A stretch of 64,000 bases of DNA from the human T2T-CHM13v2.0 reference genome, Homo sapiens (GCF_009914755.1 NC_060930.1); one strand, 5' to 3'; shown: positions 1 through 17,380, numbered from the stretch's first letter. Numbers and translations are program-made. Notes: generated from the sequence alone by a model not told the origin.

Positions 1-106
1 CCAGGAACACTGAGACCCAGTGTTAGCTCTGCCAGCAGCTATGTGACCAATCACTTCTGCTAGGTCTCCATCCTCTCACTGTGAGATGGGCTCAATGAAC
101 TAGACG

Positions 107-270
107 AGTTGTTCTCACGTTTTGGGGGTCATGGACTCTTATGAGAAATGGTGAAAGCTCCCCCAAGGAAAATGTGAATTGCACATTTTCATGGAAATGT
201 CCATGTAACACAAGAGGGCTCCCCAGACCCTGAGACCCCCCCACTCCCCCCAACTGCTGATCCATGGACT
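107..270. mobile_element. hAT-Charlie MITE remnant (MER103/MER117-like)
   Basis: GGGGTCATGGACTCTTATGAGAAATGGTGAAAGCT...CCATGGAC resembles this MITE group; subfamily uncertain. Confidence 0.45.
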
Positions 271-379
271 AGCAACTCTATGGAGAGTTCAAATAGTAGC
301 TTTGGCAGTACCTGGCTCTGCAACGGCAGGCGGACAAGATCTGTGCAGGCTCTGAAGTCAGCTCTATGGCCCTGGACAA

Positions 380-880
380 ATATGGAACTGTCCTGTGCTT
401 CAGTTTCCCCTCTGGAAAATGGACCTCATAATAACAATATTTCATAAAGATTTTATGAGACTTGGCTGAGAAAATACACACAGTGAGCTCAGGATGGTGC
501 CTGACACATATCAGGTATTGCTATTATTATTGTTGGCGCTCATTCCTCACCTTCCTTCTAGGGTCATCACTCTCCCCAGGTCTCTGGGCCCAGGCTTTGG
601 GCAAGGTGACCCATAGCCTGTGGTCTAGAACAGGGGACCTCTTGGCCAAGACCAAGACAGATACCACTTACTGAGCACTTCCTAAATGCCAGGTGCCCCG
701 CGCCCATCTTAGAAAATCCCTAGGCAATGAGTACCAGGATCTCATTTCACAGATGAGGCGCCTGAGGCTCAGAAAGCTGGAACCAGCTGGAACCACTTGC
801 CCCCAGGCCCATGATATAGTGGCAGAGCTGGGACTTGGACTGAGATCTTTCTGACTACAAAGCCCAGGCTTTTAATCACC
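380..880. mobile_element. Two MIR elements in opposite orientations
   Basis: CTTCAGTTTCCCCTCTGGAAAATGG; CATTTCACAGATGAGG..CTGAGGCTCAGA. Confidence 0.65.
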
Positions 881-2063
881 ACTCTAGTTTACCTTCCTTG
901 GGCAGCTGCAGGTCGAGCCTTGGGTCTTGGAGTCATCCCAGAAAGCAAGATAAGGTCAAGAAGAGAGAGTTTCTATAGCATGGGAAGCCTCAGTGGCTGC
1001 CACCTTGTTATGGGATCATAAACCTGTGATCCCTCTGGGTCTCAGCCACCTCGCCTGCCTGTCAAATGAGATGATGAAAGGGAATGCCCTTTGGGAGGCA
1101 TTCTGAGCATTTACAACCAGGCTTCATGATGATTACCATCATTATCATGACTATTATGATTGCTCATCCTGAGTTAGGCAGGCAGCTGTGTCCTGAATGC
1201 CTGGGGAGAGCTTAGAGCAGCCTGGAACCTAGGCTGTGACCAGGACCCAGAATTCCAAAGAGAAGGGAAGGGTGGGGTATGGACTGTCCCTGCCATTGCC
1301 TTGGTGTTCCTTGGGGGTGGTTGGAAACCCGCCTGGGGTCAGGAGACATCCCCACTGCAGCCTGTTGGAAAATGGCTTTGACATGACCCCATTAACCACC
1401 ACTTACCTCTCCTCCCCATCCAGACACATCCTTGGCCGGGGGTGGGACTATGAGCCAGGCACCCTCCTCCTGCCCTCCAGCTGACCCAGGTTGATCTGTC
1501 TGTTAACTGCTTAGCTGCACAGTCTACATTGGTGGGAGGTGCAGGTGGGGAGGAAGGAGAACAGGAAGGGGTGCAGGCCCCACATTTGCTGACAATGCAC
1601 TGAGACTCTTATTATGCCCATCTCATCACTGTTCTCAGAGTGTTTTGAGTGAGTGTAGAGAACCCAGGTCAGCCAAAGCTTCCTTTGATGTGCACAATGC
1701 AGAGAAAAAATAATTCGATTAGGGAAAGGGGACAGTAAGAAAGACAAGGAGAAGGAGGTCACCTGGTATTGCAGCTGGCTCAGCGATGCAGAAGCCAATG
1801 GGTCCAGCCTGAGTGAGAATGTTAGAAAGACACTGTGCAGGCCCAGTATGGAGTCAGGTGGGGAGATGGAAATAAAGAAGTTCATGGTCAATGGCCAGCT
1901 GCATGTGACCAGTCACCGGAGGTTCTGCTTCAAGCAGAGGCAGAGCAGGAGACCCGGAAAGGCTCAGAGGCTCCTGCCTGAGGGGTGAGGCCTGGGCAAA
2001 CCTCGAGGAGAGAGCCAGGTGCTCCAGCAGCTCCCAGGGTGAGTGGGGGGCCGGTTCTGTCCA

Positions 2064-2157
2064 CAGGGAGCCCCAGTCTGAGGGGAGACACAGCCCTGCC
2101 TCAGGGAGCCCCACTCTGAGGGAGACACAGCCCCGTCCTCAGGGAGCCCCAGTCTGA
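2064..2157 (+). repeat. 38-bp tandem repeat, ~2.5 copies, resembling the L2 3' end
   Basis: CAGGGAGCCCCA(G/C)TCTGAGGG(G)AGACACAGCCC...CCT units start at 2064, 2102 and 2140. Confidence 0.85.
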
Positions 2158-2719
2158 ATGGGAAGAAATAATCCCTACTTTCTAGGTACTTCTAGTCTGA
2201 GAGAAGAGTCAAAGTCACTGCCTTCCTGGAACCGAACCCAGAACATGTATTACACACATGTTAACTATTCCCCAAGGTCACAGTGTGACTTAACAGAATG
2301 ACAGCAAATGAAGGTCTGAAATTTCCTTAGCTGCCTTGAGTTAGAAAAATGAAAAGAATCAGTGAAGGGACTGAAGGGCCTGGGACTACAGTGGAGACAA
2401 AGCAGGGAACATGGGAAATGAGGAGCCTGTTTTGGACCACAACCACTAGGAGGTGCAGCTGGAGGAACTCAGGACCCGTCCCGCAGAGTGCTGGGAGAGC
2501 TTGCCTGCAGGGACTCCATGCAGGGTACAGCCTCCACCAAGGAACCTGAAGCCCTGCCCCTCAAAGCTCAGGAGCCAGAGAAGAATTGCCAGACAGAGGG
2601 CAGCTCAGAATCTGCAGATCAGAGGGTGTGGAGCCTCCAAGACCTTGAGCCTTATCTCCTGGCCCCTGGCGAAGGCACCCCTGGAGGATAATCATGGACG
2701 CAGTCACCACTCTTCATCT

Positions 2720-2945
2720 AAAGGTGCCATTTGTCAAGTGCTTTCCATGTACCAGTCACTGTTTTCAGGCTTTACACCTCCAAGCTTTCTTAAACCTCAC
2801 CACAACACAATGAGATAGGGTTATTATTATTCCTGTCTTCAAGGTAAGGAAACTGAGGCACGGAGGGTTGACATACCCTGCCAAAGGTTATGGAGCTAGT
2901 ACACGGCAGAGCTGGATTTTGATCCAGGGGATCTGGTGCAGTGGT
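2720..2945 (-). mobile_element. MIR
   Basis: GGAAACTGAGGCACGGAG...GGCAGAGCTGGATTTTGATCCAGG. Confidence 0.7.
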
Positions 2946-5314
2946 TATCCATTCTCTACGTAATTGTTTCCAGGGACGGGGAGCTCACTCCCTAAAAGGA
3001 CTGTGATTGCCAGAATAGCTTCCAGCATAGTCCGCAGCACCCAGCAGAGGCTCATCACCCTAGATGTGTAAGGCCCATGGGGGCAGGAACCCCAATACTG
3101 GGAATAGTTCCTGGCACATCGTAGGCCCTCAGGAATATTTGCAGAATGAATGTTCTTCCAGTAGAAACATTTCCTAGGCACATATCCCCTCACTCCCAGG
3201 GCCACAACCAGGGAAAGGCCACAGGTTCTGCGTGTGCCCCCACCAGTCACAACCAACCATAACCAGCACCAGCCCCAACTATGGAAACCCAAGGCAGGAA
3301 ATTTCCAAGAAGAAGTATCAGGGGAACTGAGCGGGCTGCTGTGAGAGAGCTGAATCCAAGGCCCACTTCAACTGCCTCTTCAACGCTTCTCCAGGAAGCG
3401 TCCCTGACCACTCTGACCCTTGTCTGATACCTACCATCTTTGCCTCTCCTCTGGTCCTGAGCCAAACCTAATGAGACTTGTTCCTGTCTGTGGGGGTGGC
3501 TTACCTCCCCACCAGACCACAAGCTCCACTGTCGGGGCAGAGACCTGGCATTATGCTGCTCTCCAGTCCCCACAGCCTCGGTGTCCAGTTAGGGACTAAG
3601 GGGACTCCCTCAGTGTTAAAGCTGGATGGACATCAGAGGGCCTAGGGTGGAGGGAGGGGACATATGAGGGAGGGGCTAAGCACAGGACCCCTCCCAGCCC
3701 CTTTAATGCTCCAGCTGCAATCAGGAGATCCCAGGCACACTAGAGATTGAAGGGAGCAGGGAACATGGGAAATGAGGAGCATGGCCCATGCAGCCCCTCT
3801 TGCCCCATCACCTTTCCTGTGGCTCCAGCTTCAGCTTGTTCAGGTCTGAAGACTAAGGAGGGACAACACCCCCGGGACCCTCCCACAATCACCAACGCTC
3901 GCCTTGGAACGCTAAGGCAGAGGCTGCCTCTTCCAGGTCTCTCTTTGCTATTCTGAGAAAGGGTAAAGGGAGAAACAATTATTTGTTTCATTAGGAGTTA
4001 AATCTCATCAACCCTAGGCATTCAACACTGTGGGGAGGGGCAGGAAGTGAGGGGGCTACCTGGGAAGAGGGGAGAGAAGGAGGAAGATTGGGGCTCGGCG
4101 GAGTGATGGGAAGCCCCAGAGCCAACAGGCTTCCCCTACTCCCGGGCCTCCAGCTGTGTAGCAGCCCCCCTTCTCCAGGGCCCCCTGCCACCCACTACCT
4201 TCCCTCTGACAGCTCATTCCAGAGGTGGAAGCCACCCCCACCCCAGCTCAGGATTCCTGCACCCCAACATGAATTATCAGAAACACAATGGGTCCAATTA
4301 CACTGAGAGACTGGCTGGCTTAAGAAGAGAAATCCTCGCATCCAAGGCCCTCTTTCTCTTTGTTCTGCAACAACAAATTGGCCACTATATTGTCCTTGCT
4401 GCGCAAGATCCTCATCAGAAAACCCCAACCACCATAAACCCCAATCATTCCCTGCTTTCCAAATTACAGCTTTCTACTGGCACCTCCCCGGGGCTATCCC
4501 CATTCCCAGCTTCTCCTCCTAGACTCTCACACGTGTGTCTGACGCAGGGCGTCCTCTCAGCGCAGCCCATCTCCACCTGCCCCCGGTCTCAGATATGCCC
4601 GTTGTGTGTCAGGTCCAGGACTGGGGCTGGGGGGAAGGAGGGCAGTGAGTCCTGCGAGCACAGTGTCAGATTCTGTCTTTTTGTGCTCATCAGAAATGTT
4701 TGCATTAATTTGTATTTTTAGAAATATTGCATTAAAAGATGATTTTTTCCATGGCCTAGTGTTGTGGTACCCTCTTGAATGTTGCACCCCAGGTATTCAC
4801 CTCACCCTGTTCTGGTCTTTTCACACCCTCATGGGTGGAAGTCTGGGCTGTGTCCAGGTTCCTCCCTCTCTAAGACAGAGGACAGCTAACAGCCCATTCC
4901 TCACTCCATCTTCTACCCTCTCAGCCCCAAAACCATCCCCATCCCCCTCCTTGAGAATAAGACCCACCTCCCACCCACCCCAACTACCTGTCCTCACCTC
5001 TGCAGGGCCAGACCTCAGAGGGCAGAGGCTAAGGAACAGCTGTTAGCCACGGATATCTGGAGCCTTCCTAAACAGAGCCTTGAAGTGACCTTCCCTTTTG
5101 GGGGGTCACTGACCCCCATCTTGTCAACACTGTCTCAGAGGTACCATTTCCCCAGCTTTAAGCATTTGATGTTTCTTCCCTGGCAGCCTGGCAGCTGACA
5201 AGGGTTCAGCGTAAGCCAATACTGTTTGGAGAATAGAGGAATAAATAAAGACAGAGAGTTCTAAGTGATGGGGAAAACATCCACTCTCAGCAGCCTTGGG
5301 AAGCTTCCAGGTTC

Positions 5315-5440
5315 AATTCATTCGTTTATTCAATAAATATCTCTTGAGCACCCACTATGTGCCAGACACAGTCGTGGGAGCTTTGGGTACAGCAGACAAG
5401 AAAACAGAATCTCTACCCTCAGGAACTGTCATTCAAGTTT
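5315..5440 (-). mobile_element. L2 3' end
   Basis: ATTCATTC..TTCAATAAATAT..TTGAGCACCCACTATGTGCCAG...CCCTCAGGAACT. Confidence 0.7.
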
Positions 5441-5639
5441 CAAGGTGGGAGGCACATCCCAAGTGCACAGATCTCCAACATACACAGGCCACATCTCATT
5501 TCATTCACACAGGATTCGCAGCCCCCATGGCACTGGGGAGCCCAAGACAACTGGTTGGTTTATATTTGTGTTTAGAGCAAATAAACGGAGATCTAAACTT
5601 CTACTCAGGGTAGAGAGGTTTTAGAGGGGTGTGGGAGGT

Positions 5640-6130
5640 TGCGGTCTTGGTTTTGATCTTGGTCCCTGCCCTACTCACTGTGGGGCCTTGGGTAGGTCAT
5701 CGATGTCATGATTCCTGACTCAGTTTCTCCATCTGTAACCAAGAGAGGATAATCCTCCCCTCTTCCATCACCTCTCCAGGATGCTGTGAGATGCCAGGAG
5801 AGAACAGAGGCTGTAATGCTTGAGATCTGGCAAAGCTGCCACAGTGGAAAAGAAGCACTGGGTTGGGAGTCGGAGTCACAGCCCTGGCGCCGCACAGGCC
5901 ATGGATGCAGTAGTTGAGAGAACACATGTGGTGTCTGACGTGGGTGTCAATCTCAGCTCTCCCACTGACTAGCTGTGTAAACTTGGGACAGACTCTTAAG
6001 TACCCTGTGCTTCAGTGTCCTTGTCAGGTGCGTGCGGGGAAATACTACTCAAAGTGTCACTGCAAATAAAACATTCAGAACAGGCCCTAGCACTGTTCAT
6101 AAGCATTTTGTAAATGTTGCTGATTGTGAG
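5640..6130 (+). mobile_element. MIR fragments
   Basis: CTCAGTTTCTCCATCTGTAA; CTAGCTGTGTAAACTTGGG. Confidence 0.6.
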
Positions 6131-9100
6131 TTGGCCCCTAGGCCAGCCCGTCCCTCCTCTGGGGTTCAGGAGTGCCATCTGTAAAATGAGTATGTTGAAC
6201 CTAAGTTCCTTCCAGATCCCAAGCTTTTGCAAAGCATCAGGGTGTCTTCCTTTGAGGCCCCAAGCATCAGACCTTCAGGTTCTGCCCACTCCCTCCCCAC
6301 CACCACAGGGGCGGGGAGCACTGTCCCACTCCACACGCTTCAGGAGGGGAGGAGGAGACAGTCAGGGAGCTTTCAGAGGGTGCAGTTCTCTTGTGGATCT
6401 GCTGTGACTGGCAGCATGGGGAAGGAAGATCTTGCCCTGAGGGGCTGCCAACTGCCTCTGCCGCAGTATCGTTGAGAGCAGAAAACACAATGGGGTTTTC
6501 ATTATGAAGGAGAAACACGGGGCCTTCTGCAGAGTATTATTTCCTTTCCTTCCCCATGTGGAGGGCAACTCACCCAGCGGTGGGGCAAGCACCCTGTCCT
6601 GGGGACACACACACCACGGCCCCCAGATGCCCAAGGAGCACAGCAGAGGTCTGCAGACGCCCAGGGAGGCAAACATCTCCATGACAGAAGAGGGCAGACT
6701 GGCAAACTAAAGCCCTTTCCCAGCTTGCTCTCAGGGCCAGAAGCGGTCTATCAGAGGCTGCAGGAGGCTGCTGGGGGTCAGGAGGGAATGAGATGTGCCC
6801 CCGGCAAAGAAGGACAAGTGCTTGTGAGCTATGCTGTTATGCTGTGGCCCCGGTGCCCACTTTCTCCCTCATTCTGCAGCAGAACTGCTGTGGGCACAGA
6901 GCCAGGCACAGGTGCAGGGTGAGTCCTAATTCTGCCGCAGCATCCCACATCACTGGTACAACCATCAGATCCTGACTCCTTCCCCAGGCCAGCCAGCCAT
7001 CAGCGGGTCCCAGGCTCACAGTGAGTGGTCGCTTCCAGCTGGGATGGTTCTGTCCAGCCTGAACTCTAAGTAATGCTGCTGCACAGACACCCCAAATATT
7101 CCCAACCCCACAACCTGTGTGGGATGACACCTCCCTGACCATTCATGTGGGGCACACCTGTCCATTTTCAGTCGCCTCACATTCCCCAAGAGGACCTTCT
7201 GCACAAGGCACAGTGCAAGGAAGAACTCACAGCTGAGCCAGGTGGAATGTGTTCCCTGGGCCACAGCTGTGAGCTCTCCGAGGGCTTTGTTCACCGTAAT
7301 TCCCAGGTGTCCCTAAGAGGTGATAGGGCCTGGGTGGGTATTCACAAGATCCAGGACGGGGCGGGGGTAGAGGCAAACCATAAAGGCAGACATCAGGGTG
7401 CTGATGGCATCAGTGGAAACCCCAGGAGCCTCCTCTGCCCACCCAGAGAATGAAGATGACAGAGAGAAGGCTTGGGGTGTGGAGCAGAGCCCAGGGGATA
7501 CAGATCATTGGCACGCTCCCAGACATGCCGACCACAGGTGTAGGTAACAGGTCACAGCTGCCGCCAGTGGGAATGTTCTCACTTGCAGAAGATGCAGGGA
7601 TACATGACTCTCCTGAAACGTGGGCCTCTGCCAGGGCAGCCACAGCCCCCTAGTCTTCCAGCACCCCCTCCCCATAGACACATGCCCAACAGTTGGTTTC
7701 TGGGCCATAAAGAGATTCTCATTATGTTATGCAAACGCCTGCATCCATCAGACACCATAGCAGCAGCATGCAGAGTGTCAGGCAGGCACCCAGAGGCACA
7801 CGTGGCAGTGCCACATGCAGGTCCACACCACCAGCTCAGTATGTGTCTCTGTCCTCCCAGCCACCTGGAGAGACTCTGCCACACACACACTTGCAGTCAT
7901 GTGGACAGAGACCTTGTGGTTCTAACTCACGCAGACACACGCAAATACACACATACTCCATTTCCAAGTGAACTGCTGCTTTTGGCTGGATGCTTGCTCC
8001 AGGTGTACTGGCATCAACTCTGACATGAGAAGCAAGGAGAGTGCCAGGGGAAGCCTCACACACCCTGCGATGAGCTTTCTGGGCCCCTGGGTGAATTGCC
8101 TTTCCATGGGATGCAGGCTGTGAGTTTTCCAATTAGGAAACCTGGCCCGGAGAGGTGGCGGTGGCAGCAGGGGGTCATTAAGGATGCAGCCTAAGCAATG
8201 CTGGGCAGGAGGAGGAGGGATGAACTCAGGAAGCAGGCTGATGGGTGGGCGGGAGGTGCTGCAGTGAAACAGGAGCATGGCAGAGACTTTCACAGTGATT
8301 TGGAAAACATCTGCAGAGCACCGAGATACACAGACATCCCAGCTTCAATCAGCAGCCCTGGGCAGCAGTGGCTTCCTCACTGGTCTCCAGGAGAGCAACC
8401 ACCATCCAGGCTGCCAGTGGGGGCTCTGCACCCTGGGCCTCTGAGCTGGGTGGGGTGGAGGGAAGTGAGATACTAAAGGACCTTCACATCCTCTCCTCTG
8501 TACCCAGCCCTGCTCCCCAACTCTGACCAGGCCTTGCTTCTTTCAACAGGAGAATTTGGCCCTGCTACCTCTCCCTCTCTTAGCTCCAGCCAGAATGTGG
8601 GTCCCTCAGGTATCTACCTTGAGCCCATCCCCAGAGGGCTGGGCTTTCCCAGCTGCTCTCTCCAAGGGATTAGTGCCCTAGGTCTCTGCAGATGCAGCAG
8701 GAACTGCTGCTCCCCAGAGCCAAGTATCCACATTTTCCCCAAGGGCATCTAATGCCAAAGCACCCTCTAGACAGAGGCTGTTTGCAAAGTGAACGAGTGC
8801 TAAGGATAAGGGTCCTAATTCCCAGTCCCACATCCCGTCACTTAGATGTTTCATCTGCAAAATGGGTGGCAAACCATTAAAGTGACTGGGCCTGATGACT
8901 TCCAGAGCCCCTGCCAGCTCCAGAAGCTGTGATATTCTGAAGTAATCTTGAATGGAGCCTTCAGACATGATCAGGCACATCGCAAAGACCACAAGTGTGT
9001 TCTCCCTGCAATGCATGAACGCCTTCCGACTTATTCAGTCCCTGCTTTATAGCGCAGAGTCCAGAGGGATAATTGTCTCTTTCTCTCTCATTCTGGTTTC

Positions 9101-10629
9101 TCTGCTTACACAAGCCACATAAAACCTTTCTGGTTAGAGCCCAGGACACACAGAAATTATATGTATGCACCGTCATGTATGTGCCTGTCTCATTGCCAGC
9201 AGAGACATTAGCTATATGAGTCACATTATTGACTTACATTCAATTCCTGGTCTGTGTACACCCAGGTGTCCTGAACATCTGTATCTTCCCCACTCCAACT
9301 TCTTCCTCCCACCATCCTAACTCTGCTGTCCTCTCTCCTCTCCTCCCTCCACTCACCTAGCGAAACAAGCTGTGGGAAAACAAGCCTGTGATTTTTCACC
9401 ATGTTTATAAATCTCTTAAGCTTGACATGGTGCTTTTTTTCAGCTCGAAGCCTAGCTAGAATGTGGCTGTTTTCACAGAGAAAATCAAAGGAAAGGGATT
9501 ATAATTATGGGTCAAATCCTGAGCGGGAAGCAGCTGCAGGCACTGGGGGCTTCCCTTGCCTGGGCATCTTTTGTATCAGCAAAAAGCTAGGCATCCTAGC
9601 AGCATGCTGAAAAGGGATTCCACCTGGGTTTTTGCCTCCTCTCAATCTTCCCATTTCCTGTCCTGATGAAATACAGTGCTCCTGTTGAGAGTGTCTTGCC
9701 CTTGGTGTGGCAAATGCCTGCAGCCAGGTTCTAAATGCTCAGCTCAGAAGCCTGAGAAGGACTTGGGCCTGACACACTCATCCTGTCCTAGTCATATCTT
9801 GGGGAAGCACCTGCTGACCTCCAGCTTCCTTCCAGGGACTGGCATGTCTGGCTGCCAACCAGCACCACCCTGAGATGCTGGGCTACCCAAGGACTTTCTC
9901 ACCAGGGCACAATTAGCCAGTCCTATCCAAGCCTGGAAGGAACTATCCAATCTGCACAGCTGAGAGAAAGAAAAGAGAAAGAAGGGGAGAGGAAAGTGTG
10001 TGCTGCGAGCGCACCAGGCCTGGCTCTGAGCTCAAACCCTTATACCAGGCAAGCACAATGTCCTTCCTGACCCACGGAAGTCCGCAGAGTGTCTCACCCA
10101 TTCCCATTGATGCCAGGCATGAAAGTCCCACCTGACGCTAAGTTATTGAGGCCTGTTGTTGGTTTTTAAAAAATATTTAGCATGAATTCTCAGTGTCACT
10201 GTGAAGCTGTGATATAAGCCAGCCTTTGTTTCCCAACCCCTCTTCTAGAGCATCTTACTGCTGAGCATTTCTCAGTGGATTTGAGTAAACAGCCATGTGT
10301 GTGCCTGTGTTCCCCTGCAGCACCCTGGCTGGGTACTTGAGCGGCCACAGACGTTTGCTTCCAAAGCTCTGTGAGGCTATACCTCCCCTTCCCAAACCCT
10401 GGATTCAGACTGTCTGATCTGGAAAGGTCTATGAAGTAATTTGCTCCAATGCCCTCCTGTAACAGAAGAGAAGGAAGGAAATTAGTCCAAGCTCACACGG
10501 AGAATCAGCAGCAACCACCTCCCCGCTTTAAGCCTGCCAGTATAAAGGGATGGCCCATCTCCCGAATTCCAGCAGCGCTGAGGATAACCTGCATTTTCAT
10601 GGTGCAGAAAAAGTGATACTGGCCAGAGA

Positions 10630-11020
10630 GACCTACTGCCAACTCAGTGACCAGCGCCATGTGTGACCCTAAGCAAGGTTCCTTTCCTCTTTGGACCCTA
10701 AACCTGCATCTTTATAATGAGAAGGAGAGAGCAAATGCGCAGCTGTGATGATTAGGATAATGGCAACTGAACAAGTGCTGCCAATGAGGGGAGTGTTGGG
10801 TAGTGGTTAGAAGCACAGCATCCTGAATTCAAATCCTGCTTCGCCATTTACTAGTGGCTGACCCAGGGTCAGTCACTTCCCATCTCTGAGCCAGAGTATT
10901 GCAAATCAGGGGTAATAATATTACTTACCTTGTGGAATTATTGAGAGATCATATGAGCGAATTCATGCAAAGTGCTCAGCATAAGTGCCTACCACATAAT
11001 AAATGCTTCATTAATGGTAT
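10630..11020 (+). mobile_element. MIR fragments
   Basis: TTCAAATCCTGCTTCGCCATTTACTAG...AAAGTGCTCAGCATAAGTGCCT. Confidence 0.65.
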
Positions 11021-12399
11021 TATATTTTCTCCTTTTGGAAACTGACCAGATAGCAAGGAGCTTAGGCCTCTAATGCTGGAGAACTGAGCAGTTATAAACT
11101 CTTTCTCTCAGGGTGTAAAGGGCAGAGCCTCCTGGGTCCCTGGACACAGAATGAAGGTGGTGTGGTTGGGCTGGGCAGGGCAAGGTCCTGGAGTTTTAGG
11201 ACCTCCTACGAGGCCCCTCACTCACTCATAATGCAGAGCAGGCAGCCACAGCCTCCCTGGGCAGCACCAACGATGGGTCATTGAAAACAAACTGACTGAG
11301 TGATTTGTATTCCCCTCTCTCTCATGTTTAAGCACTGGGCCAACCCCTGGAGCATGTTAAGTGGGTTACTGCCTGCAGTGGAGTGGTGGAGGGGAGAGGC
11401 AGAGACACACAGCCATGGCCCCAGGCAGAGGAAGAGGAAGAGGGGAGGTCAGGAAGGTTGGGGAGAGACGAAGAGAGAGGGGAGAGGATAATGGGAAAGT
11501 GGAAGAGAGGAAAGTGGGACAGGGAAAGAGAGAAGTAAGGGAGCAGAGAAAGAGGAAAAGCAGGGGAAAAGGATGAGGCAGAGGCACTTGGAGGAGGAAT
11601 GAAGCCAGGGCCTGGGTCTCATGAGATGAAAAGGTCAACCACGGCCCCTCTAAAGAAGGCTGCCAACATCCTTTGGCCCATGAGTAGAGAAGTATTTTAA
11701 AATATAAGCTTAATGAGGGCAGGGACTTTTTAAAAATTGTTTCTTTTTCTTTTGGTGTTGTATCTTCAGCTCCTAGAATCATGCCTGCCCAGGAATTTAA
11801 TAGCTATTTGTTGAATGATAATATTTTAGCGCTGGCAGTCAACTAACCACATTTTAGACAAGTAGCTTCTGTGGGCTCCATCCTGCACTCTTGACAATGG
11901 GGAGACTCCAGAGAGAGGGACCAGGCTGCCTGGCTGTTTTTGAGGATCACAGCTTGGCTGGGCAAAACGGGCTGAGAGAGGGGAGGTAAAGGGAATTTGC
12001 ATGACAACGCACAGTCAGCGGGTGATTGGCTGGCTCTGGCTACAGGCAGCACAGGAGGAACAGCCCAGAGAAGCGGGGCCTTGAATGCAGCTGAGGATGC
12101 AGCTCTGATGTGCCCACTTGGTCTTAAAGGTCTGGCATGTTCCAAAAGTTTGCACAAAACTTTCCCGTTGTAACCTAAGGGCTCATTCTTCCTTGGGAAG
12201 AAGGTGCATTATTCATCTCAGTGACCTGCCGATATTGACCCCAGGTCTCCCCATAGCTTCTTAAACCACCTGATTCAGGTTCATTAGGGGCAAAGGTGAG
12301 TAGCTGGGCTCAAGTCCTAAACTACCTCCTGGCCAACACTGGTGGGAAGTCCAGGAAGCCTCTCATGATATGTCCTCATTGGCTTAACCAACTCTCATG

Positions 12400-12850
12400 A
12401 ATCAGATGAGATAATAAGGTGAGATTCACTGACTTTGGAGTCCAGCTGGATTCAAATCCCAGCTCTATAGCTTCCAAGCCTTGTGATCTTGGACCACTTT
12501 GTGAATAGCAAGAGCTTAAGTTTACTGAGTATTGACTCTTCCAGGAACTGTTCTCAGTGTTGTGTATATGGGTTCACTACCCTATGTGGCAGGAACTAGA
12601 TTTATCTAATTTCTCAGATGAGGAAACTGAGACACAGAAAGGTATAATAACAGGCCTAGAGGCAAGGAGTGAGTATGCGATAGAGTCAAGTTTGAGCTCA
12701 AGCAATCAACCTCAAAGCCCTGGTCTTAACTTCTGCACTATTTTTACCCTTCTGAGTCTCAGTTTCTTCATTTGTCAAATGAGACAAAATAGGACCTTCT
12801 TCCTAGTATTACTGAGAGAATTTGAAATACAGTAATATATAAAGTACTTG
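12400..12850. mobile_element. MIR cluster
   Basis: GGATTCAAATCCCAGCTCT; CAGATGAGGAAACTGAGAC; CTCAGTTTCTTCATTTGTCAAATG. Confidence 0.65.
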
Positions 12851-12941
12851 ATAAAGTGGGGATTCAAGAAACTGCAGCTATCATATTTTACGGATGTAAG
12901 AGTATATTTCTGTTGTAAAAAAAATGGCAATAATGCAAATC

Positions 12942-13301
<360 letters not shown>

Positions 13302-13344
13302 TAACACCTGCTCTATTACACCATTTAGTGTATGCGCCCTAGTT

Positions 13345-13832
13345 CCCCTATACTGGGCATCTTCCATTTGACCCTCCAGGTCCACAGTACACCCTTCTTC
13401 ACCCTGGTCATTGTCCAGGAGGCTGGTCAGTGCAGCCCCCACCAGTGGGCATCATGCCCTCTGCCTCCTGAATAGGGGAGGTCAACTGGGAAGATCAACA
13501 GAAGATGGAAGGGAGAAAGGAGAGTGAGTTTGGGCTATTTATCCTCCTACCCCCAGCTTCCTCATCACGAGTCTGGCCCGCAAGCAAAGGTGACATACCT
13601 GGTGAGACACCTTTTTGATACTGCTCACATATTCTCTGGGGTCCAGGAACTACTGCCTCCCTTCTCCCTCCAAGTTTAGGGGAGGTAACAGCCTCCCAGT
13701 GTTACCAGCCCCAGGGTATTTCACTAACCCTGTGGTTTCTCTATGCCATCCCCACACCTTTGTAAATAGTTTCTTTTAATATAACTCATTTGAATGTGTC
13801 TTCTGTTTCCTGATGGGACCCTGAACAATATG
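13345..13832 (+). mobile_element. ERVL solo LTR (LTR33-like)
   Basis: Characteristic 3' end CCACACCTTTGTAAATAG...TGTTTCCTGATGGGACCCTGA and internal GGAGAGTGAGTTTGGGCTATTTAT motif. Confidence 0.6.
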
Positions 13833-13962
13833 CAGCTTCAACTAGATGAAGCCAGAAGGCATCATCTTTATTAAAGCCTGGCAGACTTTGGGTCAAATCT
13901 TGTTCTAGTATTTGCCAGCCATGTGACTTACATAAGAACCTCAGTTTTCTCATCTATTTTTA

Positions 13963-14371
<409 letters not shown>

Positions 14372-14489
14372 TCAGCACTTTAGCATTGCAGTTACATCAG
14401 GAGTATGTACAGCTATTATCCCAAAAGCTCTAATTTTGACTTGGGGAGCTATGTGGTCCTGGAAGGTTGAGGCTCCAACCAATGCATTT

Positions 14490-17380
<2,891 letters not shown>

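Noticed and set aside
2064-2157. Direct repeats that could suggest a CRISPR-like array
   Set aside because: Head-to-tail tandem units without unique spacers, L2-like, in mammalian DNA.
1248-3956. Faint inverted similarity between ~1248-1310 and ~3900-3956 (both translate QNSKE)
   Set aside because: Only short patches match; not alignable.
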